NCBI GenBank assembly: GCA_963727625.1
Contig: CAVSHR010000004.1
Coordinates: forward strand, 896,001 to 960,000
From: an uncultured delta proteobacterium
Lineage (GTDB): Bacteria > Desulfobacterota > Binatia > UBA9968
DNA length: 64,000 bases
Reading direction: 5' to 3'
Made by a program: the position numbers and the translations under genes. The notes under the pieces are model-generated. The model saw only the letters and a list, made by a program, of their open reading frames with translations, searched no databases and was not told the origin of the DNA. Of the stretch, positions 28,841 through 38,419 are shown piece after piece. Every line of letters starts with the position of its first letter. The stretch's first letter is position 1.

Positions 28841-29512
28841 ATGCTTCGCGCGGTTATTTTTGACTTCAACGGCATCATCGTCGACGACGAGCCGATTCAT
28901 TTCAAGCTGTTCCAAAGAGTGTTCGGCGAGGAGGGAATCCCACTCGCCGAAGACGCCTATTACGCCCGTTACCTCGGCTTCGACGACCGCGGCGTTTTCA
29001 GCTTCGGCTATCGCGAGCACCATCACCCATTGAGCGACGAGAAGCTCGCCCAACTCATCGAACGCAAGGCGGTTTACTACCAGGAGGCGATCCGTAATCA
29101 CGTCGCCATATTTCCCGGAGTCAAACCGCTGGTCGCGAAGCTCGCCGCCAGCCTGCCCCTGGCTGTCGCCTCCGGCGCGCTGCGCCACGAAATCGAAACC
29201 ATACTGACTACCGCCGGATTGATCGGCTATTTCGAAGCGATCGTCGGCGCCGAAGATGTCGAACGGGGTAAACCGGAACCGGATATCTTTCTAAAAGCGC
29301 TGGCGGCGCTGAATTCGCAAAGCGCCAAACCGATCCAAGCGAACGAATGCGTGGTCATCGAAGATTCCAAGGAAGGCGTGCGCGGCGCGCGCCGCGCCGG
29401 CATGAAATGCTTGGCGGTAACCAATTCCCACGGCGCGGATTTGCTCCACGAAGCCAACGCCGTGGTCGGCAGTCTGGAAGAAGTCGAGCTCGCTTTCTTG
29501 CAGACACTTTGA
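28841..29512 (+). CDS. HAD superfamily phosphatase (beta-PGM-like)
   Basis: FDFNG, GKPEPDIF, IEDS..G. Confidence 0.9.
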   Translation: MLRAVIFDFNGIIVDDEPIHFKLFQRVFGEEGIPLAEDAYYARYLGFDDRGVFSFGYREHHHPLSDEKLAQLIERKAVYYQEAIRNHVAIFPGVKPLVAKLAASLPLAVASGALRHEIETILTTAGLIGYFEAIVGAEDVERGKPEPDIFLKALAALNSQSAKPIQANECVVIEDSKEGVRGARRAGMKCLAVTNSHGADLLHEANAVVGSLEEVELAFLQTL

Positions 29513-29514
29513 CT

Positions 29515-29955
29515 CTACAAGAGTTTCCTCGACTGCACAGGCACCGACTCGGATCGAATCCCCAGACCGGCAAATACCTCGATGATTCGTTCGGCCTTTT
29601 GGCTTTTGATCGTGATCAATTCACCCACCTGATCGACATGGCGGTGAAGCCAAGCCTCCTTGGAGTTTTGAAAGTCTTTCAATTCTACTTTGTCGATGTC
29701 CCGGTAAGCTATCAGATCCTGTGAAAATAGCCCGAGAACCATGAATTCCGGGTACAAAGACACTCGCCACAAGAACATGTTTCGCCCCACCGAACTCCGC
29801 GAGCCGGAGTCCCGATGGACGGCACACCATTCCTCAAACAGCGGTGTCAGATTCTTTTCCTCAGCGCGCTTTATCCGCGACAAGAAAGCTGGTGAAACCA
29901 AAACCAATACGATCAAAATTAAGAACAGAAATAGGAAGGCGAACGTTATATCCAT
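29515..29955 (-). CDS. Hypothetical membrane-anchored protein
   Basis: RBS GGAGG; N-terminal hydrophobic helix; fills the gap downstream of the SDR. Confidence 0.6.
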   Translation of the reverse strand: MDITFAFLFLFLILIVLVLVSPAFLSRIKRAEEKNLTPLFEEWCAVHRDSGSRSSVGRNMFLWRVSLYPEFMVLGLFSQDLIAYRDIDKVELKDFQNSKEAWLHRHVDQVGELITIKSQKAERIIEVFAGLGIRSESVPVQSRKLL

Positions 29956-29999
29956 GACGGCATCCTCCGCTGGTGCCCAAGTGGCGTCGCAGCCCCGGG

Positions 30000-30716
30000 T
30001 TATCGGTATGGTGATTTCTGCGGCCGAACGGTAATTTCAACCGGACAGCTCGTCACCGGCGCATTGAGTATATAGAGAACCCCTTGCGCCACGTCGTCGG
30101 CCTGGATCATTTTGCTGCGATCCAAATGTTTAACCGGCGGAATCATCGGCGTATCAACAAAGCCGGGGAGAAGGACGCTGACCTTGATGCCGTATTCCCG
30201 AACTTCCTCGTAAAGCGACTGGGTGAAACCGATGAGACCGAACTTCGAAGCCGAATAGGCGGCGCCGTTAGCTTCACCGCTCTTGCCGGATACGGAACCG
30301 ATGTTGATCACAGCGCCCTCGCCCTTCTCGATCATCGCCGGCAAATAGCGCTGCGCAAGGATCATCGGCGCGCGTAGATTGAGACGAAAAGTCTGATCCC
30401 AGTCCTCGATCTTGGCTTTGATTACCGGCGCCCGTTTACCCCAGCCCGCATTGTTGATCAGGATACCGACACCGCCAAAGGCGCGCAGACTTTCGCGAAC
30501 AAGAATTTCAATCGCGGCATCTTCGGTGAGATCGGCGGCAATGATTGTCGCAGTGCCGCCCTCTCGATGAATTTCCCGTTCGACCGCTTCGAGCTGTGCT
30601 ATCGTGCGGCTCGATAATATGACGCGGCAACCGGATCGCGCTAGCGAGAGCGCGACGGCTCTGCCGATCCCCCGTCCGGCCCCGGTCACCAGCGCGACTT
30701 TGCCGTCGAGTTTCAT
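30000..30716 (-). CDS. SDR family oxidoreductase
   Basis: TGAGRGIG, NNAG, YSASK. Confidence 0.93.
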   Translation of the reverse strand: MKLDGKVALVTGAGRGIGRAVALSLARSGCRVILSSRTIAQLEAVEREIHREGGTATIIAADLTEDAAIEILVRESLRAFGGVGILINNAGWGKRAPVIKAKIEDWDQTFRLNLRAPMILAQRYLPAMIEKGEGAVINIGSVSGKSGEANGAAYSASKFGLIGFTQSLYEEVREYGIKVSVLLPGFVDTPMIPPVKHLDRSKMIQADDVAQGVLYILNAPVTSCPVEITVRPQKSPYR

Positions 30717-30741
30717 AAATACTCAAACCGAGCGACGTCAA

Positions 30742-31164
30742 TCAGTGTACCGTGGGCGTGTCGTCTTGGGGTGACGCTTGCGCCACTGAGGACCCGTGAT
30801 GGTGAATCATGCGCCAGCCCTCGGCACTTTTGCGGAATATATTAGTGGTAAGAATGGTCGCGGCGACCTTTTGGCCTTCGATCGCACTATTTAGGTTTTC
30901 GTAAAGCGTCACCCAAGCCAGCTCGCCGCACACTTCGATCGCAACGTCGGTCAACATAAAACGAATCGCCGGCGTGTTCTCGAAGATTCGTCGCCAGCTC
31001 TCCATCACCGGCTTCCGGCCGCGCTGGATTCGCCAGCCGGGATGGCCGCATTGAATCTCGGCGTCCCTGGCCCAAACCGCCTCCATCCGCTGCATATCGA
31101 GGGATTCAAAGGCGCGGTAGAAGCTTTCGTTGACCTCGGCGACCGCTTTTTCTTCTTGGCTCAT
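30742..31164 (-). CDS. SnoaL-like / NTF2 family protein
   Basis: FYRAFE..D...M..VW, HPGW, TNIF, W.M.HHHGS. Confidence 0.88.
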   Translation of the reverse strand: MSQEEKAVAEVNESFYRAFESLDMQRMEAVWARDAEIQCGHPGWRIQRGRKPVMESWRRIFENTPAIRFMLTDVAIEVCGELAWVTLYENLNSAIEGQKVAATILTTNIFRKSAEGWRMIHHHGSSVAQASPQDDTPTVH

Positions 31165-31171
31165 CAGCGAT

Positions 31172-31498
31172 TTAATGATGCGGCTTGGGAGTCACGAATA
31201 CTAGGGTCACTAGTTTCTGATGGCTGCGATTAGCCACTCCATGATTCTGTCCCGCCGGCGCCAGGGCGATCTCACCGGGGCCCAACTCGCGCTCTTCATC
31301 GCCGACTTTAAACACGCCTCGTCCTTCGAGCACGCAATAAACTTTGTCCTGACCGGCGTGAGTATGCGGACTCTGCTCCTGGCCTGGCTCGAAACAATAG
31401 GTGTCGCAAAAAAACCTGTCGGTCTCAAAGATGCCGTTTTTCTTCATCTTCTCAGGAGAAAACTGCATCGCGTCTGAAAGTTTTTTGAAGTTGCTCAT
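31172..31498 (-). CDS. Cupin domain protein
   Basis: PGQEQSPHTH...YCVLEG.G...PAGQNHGV.N. Confidence 0.88.
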   Translation of the reverse strand: MSNFKKLSDAMQFSPEKMKKNGIFETDRFFCDTYCFEPGQEQSPHTHAGQDKVYCVLEGRGVFKVGDEERELGPGEIALAPAGQNHGVANRSHQKLVTLVFVTPKPHH

Positions 31499-31584
31499 GA
31501 CCGCTCCTGTTTGGTCGATTTCGAGCGATACTACCATAGGGGTCGTTACATGCAAAACCACTGTGAATCTGTTATCTGTGGCCC

Positions 31585-32757
31585 ATGGATTCAGTGCTTA
31601 TTCGTTACCATGAAATCGCCCTCAAGAAAGGCAACCGGGCCTATTTCACAGAGCTGCTCAAGAGAAATCTTCTCGCCGCGGTCAAGGACTTGGGCGCGAA
31701 GGAAATTCGCAGCCTACCGGCGCGCCTGTTGCTCACTTTCAAAAACGACGTAGCCCAGGCCACGCTCACTGAGCGCATGGGCTCGGTGTTCGGCGTGGCG
31801 AATTTCTCCATCGTCGAACGAACCGCACGAGAAATCGACGTGCTGCGCAGTCGCATCTTAGATTCGTTGAACGGCCACCGCTTCGAATCTTTTCGCATCG
31901 AAACCCAACGAGGCGACAAGACCTTTCCCCTGACCTCCCCAGAGATCAATCGTCAGCTCGGCGCTGCGGTCAAGGCCAAATCCGGCGCCAAGGTCGATCT
32001 CGAAAATCCCGAATTCACGGTAACGGTGGAAATTCTGCCGCGCGACGCGTTTTTTGGTTTTAACAAACTCCCCGGCGCGGGAGGATTACCCGTGGGTGCC
32101 AGCGGGCGCGTCGTCTCGCTGATCTCCGGCGGCTTCGATTCCCCCGTCGCTGCCTACCGAATGATGCAGCGCGGCTGCCGCATCGTCTTTGTCCATTTTC
32201 ATAGCGCGCCGTTTCAGGACAGAACCTCCCAGGACAAAGTTCGACAGCTCATTAAACTTTTGACCAGGCATCAATTTCTCTCGCGCCTTTACCTCGTCCC
32301 CTTCGGCGAAATCCAACGCCAGATCGTCGCCGCGGTCGCCCGGCCGCTGCGCGTCGTCTTATATAGGCGCATGATGCTGCGCATCGCCGAGGCGATCGCC
32401 AGGAAGGAAAAAGCCAAGGCGCTGGTCACCGGCGAAAGCCTCGGCCAGGTCGCTTCGCAAACTCTGGACAATATGGCGGCGATCCAGCAAGCCGCGCGCC
32501 TGCCGATCCTGCGGCCACTTGTCGGCATGGACAAACAAGAGATCATCGATCAGTCGCGCCGGATTGGAACCTTTGAAATTTCCTCGGTCCCCGATCAGGA
32601 CTGCTGCCAGCTCTTCGTGCCCAAGCACCCGGCAACCAAAGCAAGATTCGTCGATGTGGAAAAGGATGAAAGCAAACTGGATATAAAAGAGCTGCTACGC
32701 TACGGATTCGATAACGCCACTAACGAGGACTTCATTTTCCCCGTGCAAAAGAATTGA
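31585..32757 (+). CDS. thiI: tRNA 4-thiouridine(8) synthase ThiI (no rhodanese domain)
   Basis: EIALKKGNR, THUMP domain, GGLPVG.SG, SGGFDSPVA, TGESLGQVASQT, DCC. Confidence 0.95.
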   Translation: MDSVLIRYHEIALKKGNRAYFTELLKRNLLAAVKDLGAKEIRSLPARLLLTFKNDVAQATLTERMGSVFGVANFSIVERTAREIDVLRSRILDSLNGHRFESFRIETQRGDKTFPLTSPEINRQLGAAVKAKSGAKVDLENPEFTVTVEILPRDAFFGFNKLPGAGGLPVGASGRVVSLISGGFDSPVAAYRMMQRGCRIVFVHFHSAPFQDRTSQDKVRQLIKLLTRHQFLSRLYLVPFGEIQRQIVAAVARPLRVVLYRRMMLRIAEAIARKEKAKALVTGESLGQVASQTLDNMAAIQQAARLPILRPLVGMDKQEIIDQSRRIGTFEISSVPDQDCCQLFVPKHPATKARFVDVEKDESKLDIKELLRYGFDNATNEDFIFPVQKN

Positions 32758-32789
32758 ACGGCTTGAACGATTGGAACGATTTGAACCAG
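32754..32789. repeat. 9-mer tandem repeat, 4 units
   Basis: ttgaacggc ttgaacgat tggaacgat ttgaaccag, starting at the thiI stop codon. Confidence 0.75.
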
Positions 32790-32802
32790 TCGGCTTCCGC
32801 CG

Positions 32803-33774
32803 CTACACATAGTGCTGAATCCGCTCCAGGCTGGGCGCGAAGAACAGCTCTTCGACCTTCGGCTTTTTCTTGATCATCCCCTGCTCATACTCGTACCGAA
32901 TCACCGCTTCAAGCGCCTTGCGGTTTTCTTCGAGATTGTAAGGCCAGGGATCGGCGCCGAAGATTTCCTTCTGCTCGCGCATCAGATCCTGCACCCAGAC
33001 CAGCGCGAAACTGCGCGGGTCGCTGTTGCGCGCGTAGCAGATTTCCTTGGCCTTCTGAAACGCCCGCACCAGGCTGATGCCCACCCAGGGATGCCTTTCG
33101 AGAATCGGATTCTTGACCACCACGGTATGCATGATCGGAAAGAAGCCGCCGTTTTTGTAGTATTCGATTTCCGCTTTTTTCGGCGCGGGGAAAAGCAACG
33201 CAACCTTCGGGTTGCTGTTTCGGATCGACGGCAGGGTTTCCGGGTAGAGCGCCGCATCGAGCTCGCCATCGAGCAACATCTGATCGACGTTTTTCCCCGT
33301 CGGCACGCGTCGCACGTTCATCCACTTGGCCGGCTCAAAGGCAATATCCTCCTCTTCCTGACACCACCATTCGATGGTCTTGAGATCGACGTCGTAATGA
33401 TCCTGCAAGATGCCGCGCATCCATAGCCCCGCGGAATTTTGCAGCGTGTCCAGGCCGACTCGTTTGCCGTTCAGATCGGACGGTTTTTCGATATCGCAGC
33501 CGGTGCGCTTCACCATGTACTGATGGCGAAACCGGCGGTGCGGAAAGACCGGAATCGCGTTGTAGTTGCAGCCCTTGTCGCGGGACACGAGATAGCCAAC
33601 CAGGGACAATTCACAGACATCAAATTCCTCGTGCCGCAGCATGCGGCCATGGCGCTCAGGCGACGGCATCGTCAAGACGTTGAGCTCGATGCCCTGAGGT
33701 TGAATTTCGCCGTTGATCAGCGGCCGCAGAAAATCGTAATCGCCGCAGGCGAGCGTGAGTTGCAGTTTGGCCAT
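32803..33774 (-). CDS. 4,5-dihydroxyphthalate decarboxylase-like / PBP-fold protein
   Basis: LTLACGDYD, FDVCELSL, IPVFP.RRFRH, FPIMHTVV, DPWPY. Confidence 0.8.
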   Translation of the reverse strand: MAKLQLTLACGDYDFLRPLINGEIQPQGIELNVLTMPSPERHGRMLRHEEFDVCELSLVGYLVSRDKGCNYNAIPVFPHRRFRHQYMVKRTGCDIEKPSDLNGKRVGLDTLQNSAGLWMRGILQDHYDVDLKTIEWWCQEEEDIAFEPAKWMNVRRVPTGKNVDQMLLDGELDAALYPETLPSIRNSNPKVALLFPAPKKAEIEYYKNGGFFPIMHTVVVKNPILERHPWVGISLVRAFQKAKEICYARNSDPRSFALVWVQDLMREQKEIFGADPWPYNLEENRKALEAVIRYEYEQGMIKKKPKVEELFFAPSLERIQHYV

Positions 33775-34365
33775 TCATTCTCCTTTGACATGTTGACGGA
33801 AAAGCTCGGGAGTGTCGATGTCGACCGTGATCCCTTCCTGGTCGGTCTCGATCTCGAGGGTGTCATCACGGTGCGCATTCACGACGGCTTTGGCACCTTG
33901 ATCCATCGGCGCCGCCAGCAGTTCGGCGAAAAGAGCCCGCGAAAAAATCACCGGGTGTCCTCTCCTGCCCTCGCGGCGAGGCACCACGATAAGTTTTTGC
34001 GACTCATAAAAGCGACGTATCATCTCATCGACCAATATGGGATCGATGTAGGGATGATCGACCAGATGGACCAGCATCCCCTCGCAATCGGCTTCCGACT
34101 CTAAGCGCCGCACGGCAACTTGCAGCGAGGATAATTGGCCGCGCATATAATCCGAATTGACTAAAATTTCGACGGGAAGATGCTCGATGCGCCGCCTCAT
34201 GTCCTCGGCGTTGTGGCCGAGAATCACGATCACCTTGCTGACAGAGCTCTGCTTAAGGGCGCTGACGATTCTCTCGATGAACGTTTGACCATCAATTGGC
34301 AACAGCGCTTTGGGCCGGCCCATGCGGCTCGATTCGCCCGCGGACAGAACGACGGCAACGATCAT
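33775..34365 (-). CDS. Molybdenum cofactor cytidylyltransferase-like (MocA) nucleotidyltransferase
   Basis: LSAGESSRMGRPKALL, GHPV.F, DIDTPE. Confidence 0.85.
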   Translation of the reverse strand: MIVAVVLSAGESSRMGRPKALLPIDGQTFIERIVSALKQSSVSKVIVILGHNAEDMRRRIEHLPVEILVNSDYMRGQLSSLQVAVRRLESEADCEGMLVHLVDHPYIDPILVDEMIRRFYESQKLIVVPRREGRRGHPVIFSRALFAELLAAPMDQGAKAVVNAHRDDTLEIETDQEGITVDIDTPELFRQHVKGE

Positions 34366-34380
34366 GGCCTGGTTTAAGAC

Positions 34381-35373
34381 CTATTGATAAACCTTATCGA
34401 TAAAGCCGCTCTTATCGAGCTCCCTTACGATGCTGTTGTCGACGATGTCGTCGACGCGCAATGAAGCGCCTCTTCTTCTTGCCAGCGCGTCCTTGATCTG
34501 GACTTCGGTGCCTTCCCGCGTGACCAGCGGCACTTTGTCATAGAGCTTGGCCACCGCGTTGTAAGAATCTTCCAGATAGGCAGGATTGGTCTGCTTGCTG
34601 TATCTGGCGATCAGTTTTTTGCTCTCTTCTTTACGGGTTTTGAAATAGTGGGTAGCCTCGATCAAACCCATCAGGACCCGCTTGACGGTGTCCCGATGGC
34701 CGGTGAGATAGGACTTGGTCGTGGTGGCGCAAATATAAGGAAACTCGAAGCGCGTTTGGAAATCGGCGGTGCTGATCAACACCCGATGGGGCATTCCCTG
34801 GGCCAATTGAATAATCCCCGGCGGAGAAGGAAAGCCAGCGATTCGGCCGCTCCGAAAGGCGCCGGCTCTCTCGGGCGCGCCGCCCACTTGCAGAATCGGC
34901 ACGTCTTTAACCGGCTCCAGACCCAGTCCCCTGATCAGAACCCGCGCCGCTACGTCCGACGCGCTGCCCACTCGGCTGATGCCGATGCTTTTCCCTTTAA
35001 GATCCTCCGCGGATTTGATCGACTGCTGCACAACCAGCTCGTAGGGAAGCGTGTTGAGCATGCAGCCTACCATCACGAGATGTGCACCGCCTACGGCGGC
35101 GCTGGCCACGCCTCCCCCGGACGCGTTCCCGATCGGAACGTCACCGGCAATGATGCTGGAAACGGCTGTCGTGGTGCTCGGAATATAGATCAGTTGGCTG
35201 TCAAGGCCGTTCTTCTTGAAAAAACCCGCGTCCTGGGCCGTATACCAAACCGCGTTGCTCGCATCCACCGAGCTATAGTCCATTTTGATTTGCACTTGCG
35301 CGCGGGCGGCGGCGTGCCAGCACAACATACTCCAGAACAATGCGAAGATTACCGTCCTCCAACGCATATCCAT
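34381..35373 (-). CDS. NitT/TauT family ABC substrate-binding protein
   Basis: Signal peptide; GFFKKNGL, DLKGKSIGISRVGS, GLEPVKDV, ELDKSGFI. Confidence 0.88.
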   Translation of the reverse strand: MDMRWRTVIFALFWSMLCWHAAARAQVQIKMDYSSVDASNAVWYTAQDAGFFKKNGLDSQLIYIPSTTTAVSSIIAGDVPIGNASGGGVASAAVGGAHLVMVGCMLNTLPYELVVQQSIKSAEDLKGKSIGISRVGSASDVAARVLIRGLGLEPVKDVPILQVGGAPERAGAFRSGRIAGFPSPPGIIQLAQGMPHRVLISTADFQTRFEFPYICATTTKSYLTGHRDTVKRVLMGLIEATHYFKTRKEESKKLIARYSKQTNPAYLEDSYNAVAKLYDKVPLVTREGTEVQIKDALARRRGASLRVDDIVDNSIVRELDKSGFIDKVYQ

Positions 35374-35511
35374 GTATCGCGATCCTCCTGTCAAGAATAT
35401 TTGCCGGAAACCTATCCTTTTTCCCTGGCAGAGAACCAATTAAACTCTACAGCGCAGAATGAATCAACCAATTCGGCGAGCGGGAAGAAGGGATTGCGCA
35501 AGCCAGGGCAC

Positions 35512-36612
35512 TTATTCAGCCGGCAGCGCCATGCATTCGCCGGCCGGCAGCTCAACCCAAACCGGCGTGCCGCGGCGCACTTGCAAGGTGTAACGTTGGT
35601 GGGTCTGCAAGGTATTCTTACCGAGCTCGATGGCGCATTCGAGATATTCGCCGAGAAACATCGCCGCGCCGACTTTGCCCTCGATAACATTGCCGTCCTT
35701 TGCGGGTTTTTCCAGAAGTACATTGATGCTTTCCGGCCGCACCACCACGACGACCTTGCTGCCCACCGACAGGCCATCAAGCAACATGCATTTGAGCCTG
35801 CCGTCATCGGTCTTAACCTCTCCCGAGCCGTCGGATTCGACTTTGGAAACCTCGCCGGTCATCTGATTGGTTGAACCGATAAAGTTGGCGACGAATTTAC
35901 TTTTTGGCTGCAGGTAAACCTCGCGCGGCGCGCCTTCCTGGATGATCACGCCGGCATTCATGATCGCGATTTTATTCGACATCGACAGCGCTTCGATCTG
36001 ATCGTGGGTAACGTAAAGCGTGGTGATCCTCAGGCGGCGCTGCAGTTCACGCAGCTCGAAGCGCATGCGTTCGCGTAGCTTGGCGTCCAAATTGCTCAAA
36101 GGTTCGTCCAGTAGCAAGACCTGCGGCTCGCGCACCAGCGCCCGAGCCAACGCGAGGCGCTGCTGCTGGCCGCCGGACAACTGCGTCGCCATGCGTTCTT
36201 CGTAGCTGTCTAACTCCACCTGGGCGAGCGCGTTGCGCACTTTCTTATGGACATCACTATTGCTAAAGCGCTGCTTGCCGACGCGCAAGGGAAATGCCAC
36301 GTTTTCGAACACGGTAAGATGAGGCCAGATCGCGTAGCTTTGGAATACCATGCCAATCGGCCGGCGATAGGCAGGCACAAAGGTTCGTTCAGAAGCTGAA
36401 TAAACCTTTGTTCCCGACACGATGATTTCACCCTCATTGGCTTTTTCCAAACCGGCGATACAGCGAAGCGTCGTGGTTTTACCGCAGCCGGATGGCCCGA
36501 GCAGCGTATAAAAGCGACCTTCCTCGACGGTGAACGAAATGTCGTTGACCGCCTTGACGCCGGCATTGTCGCCATCCTCGTATATCTTAACCAGAGACTT
36601 AACCTCTACCAC
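35512..36612 (-). CDS. ABC transporter ATP-binding protein (FbpC/PotA type)
   Basis: GPSGCGKT, LSGGQQQR, LLDEPLSNLD, TOBE tail. Confidence 0.94.
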   Translation of the reverse strand: MVEVKSLVKIYEDGDNAGVKAVNDISFTVEEGRFYTLLGPSGCGKTTTLRCIAGLEKANEGEIIVSGTKVYSASERTFVPAYRRPIGMVFQSYAIWPHLTVFENVAFPLRVGKQRFSNSDVHKKVRNALAQVELDSYEERMATQLSGGQQQRLALARALVREPQVLLLDEPLSNLDAKLRERMRFELRELQRRLRITTLYVTHDQIEALSMSNKIAIMNAGVIIQEGAPREVYLQPKSKFVANFIGSTNQMTGEVSKVESDGSGEVKTDDGRLKCMLLDGLSVGSKVVVVVRPESINVLLEKPAKDGNVIEGKVGAAMFLGEYLECAIELGKNTLQTHQRYTLQVRRGTPVWVELPAGECMALPAE

Positions 36613-36630
36613 AGACAGCCTCGTAAATTC

Positions 36631-38355
36631 TTATGATTGAATACCGACCTTGCCGGTAAGCTTGTAAAAGAGCGCCACGATGCTCAATAGCGTGGCAATC
36701 ATCAAGACACCGATCGCGGCAACGACCGTGACTTGGCCCTGCTCGAACATGGTAAACAATAAAATCGACAGCACCCGGCTTTCGCCGGTGGCAAGCAGAA
36801 CCGAAGTGGAAAATTCCCGAAACGAAACGATAAAGATGTAAATCCAGCCCGCCACCAGTCCTGGCCGCAACAGCGGCAAGGTCACCCGCTTGAAGCTTTC
36901 CCACCACGAAGCGCCGGAAGCCGACGCGGCCTCCTCAAGCTCGCTGTGAATTTGCAGGATCGAGCCTGAAGCCGAGCGCATGCCGTAGGGTATATAGCGG
37001 GTTACATAGGCAATCAGCAAAACCCAGATGGTGCCGTAGATCGGAATCGGAAAAGCGACGTAGAGCAGAATCAGCGCCATGCCCATGACGATACCCGGAA
37101 TCGTAATCGGCACAAAAGCGAGAAAGTCCAGTATCCAAGCACCGCGGAGCTTGCTCTTGTAGACGATCCACGCGACCAATGACGTCAACACCATCGCAAC
37201 CGTCGCAGTAAGCGTCGCCAGGATGATGCTGTTTTTCATCGCGTCCCAAAATGGCCGAAAGCTCCCAAGATAGCGATAATTGTCGAGGCTGAGTTTATCC
37301 AGAGCGTCCCATCCAGGCGTGGCAAAAAATGGCAGGAACGAAGCCCAAAACAATACCAGAAAAGGCAGCAGCACAACGCATAGAAAATAAGTCAGTAAAA
37401 AGCCCAGGCCGACCCAGCGCCAGGTGCCCAGGTCGAATTGGCGCGGCCTAAACGCCTTGCCCGTAACGGTTTGAAACTTCTTGCCTTCCTTGGTCGCCCG
37501 CGTATACAGCCACACGCCGACCGCGCTTAATAACAGCAGCCCCACCGCCAATGCACCGCCGCGGCCGTAGTCGGGGGGGTACTCGTTGAAAGCCAGGTAA
37601 ATTTCACTGGTGTAAACGTAAATTCGCGCCGGAATACCGATCAGCGCGGGGGTCTCGAACGACTCGAGAGTGCGGACAAAGAGAATCAACAAGACCGATC
37701 CGGCAGTCGGCATGAGCAAGCGCAGAGTGATGCGCTTGAAGGTTTGTAAGGTGCCGGCGCCGGACATCATGGCCGATTCCTCAAGAGACGGATCCATGGA
37801 CTTGAACGCAGCCACCATGAGCAGAAACGCCAGCGGCACCTGTCCCACCGAGTGCACCCAAATCATCCCGGGCAGGGAAAAAACGTTGAACGGCGCCGAC
37901 TGCAGTCCAAACAGGCTCATCAGCCACACGTTAAGGTAGCCGAATTTCGGACTGAGCAGAAAAATCCACGCGATGGCCTCCAATACCCCCGGAAGAATCA
38001 ACGGCACGACGGCAAGCGGAACGAAGATCGCCCGCAGCGGCGTATTGGTGCGCTCGGTCAGCCAAGCGAGCGATGTTCCAAGGAGAAAGGATAATATCGC
38101 CGAGCCCGACGCGAAGATCAAGGAATTCATGAACGTCGAGTAGGTGTACTGGCTGGCGTACGCGGCCTGATAGTTCTTCAGAGTATATACGAACTCGCGC
38201 GGCGCCACCTCGGCTTGAAAGCTGCCGATGAGCAGCATCAACAGCGGCAAGACCGCCAGATAGATGAGGATTCCGGCGCCGACCAACGGAATCAGCAACG
38301 CCGGATCCAAAGAAAAGCTCACTCTGCCGGTGCGAGGCAATGTGGCAGTCGCCAT
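36631..38355 (-). CDS. Iron(III)-type ABC permease (FbpB-like, duplicated domain)
   Basis: Two EAA-type loops (LEESAMMSGA, LEEAASASGA); about 12 TM segments. Confidence 0.93.
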   Translation of the reverse strand: MATATLPRTGRVSFSLDPALLIPLVGAGILIYLAVLPLLMLLIGSFQAEVAPREFVYTLKNYQAAYASQYTYSTFMNSLIFASGSAILSFLLGTSLAWLTERTNTPLRAIFVPLAVVPLILPGVLEAIAWIFLLSPKFGYLNVWLMSLFGLQSAPFNVFSLPGMIWVHSVGQVPLAFLLMVAAFKSMDPSLEESAMMSGAGTLQTFKRITLRLLMPTAGSVLLILFVRTLESFETPALIGIPARIYVYTSEIYLAFNEYPPDYGRGGALAVGLLLLSAVGVWLYTRATKEGKKFQTVTGKAFRPRQFDLGTWRWVGLGFLLTYFLCVVLLPFLVLFWASFLPFFATPGWDALDKLSLDNYRYLGSFRPFWDAMKNSIILATLTATVAMVLTSLVAWIVYKSKLRGAWILDFLAFVPITIPGIVMGMALILLYVAFPIPIYGTIWVLLIAYVTRYIPYGMRSASGSILQIHSELEEAASASGASWWESFKRVTLPLLRPGLVAGWIYIFIVSFREFSTSVLLATGESRVLSILLFTMFEQGQVTVVAAIGVLMIATLLSIVALFYKLTGKVGIQS

Positions 38356-38365
38356 AGATCACCTT

Positions 38366-38419
38366 TATGAGATAACTGCTATGAGATAACTGCGGTGAAG
38401 TTTAGCCGCAGTTATCTCA
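38366..38419. repeat. 14-bp tandem duplication plus 14-bp perfect hairpin
   Basis: tatgagataactgc x2 (38366-38393); tgagataactgcgg (38382-38395) pairs with ccgcagttatctca (38406-38419). Confidence 0.8.
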
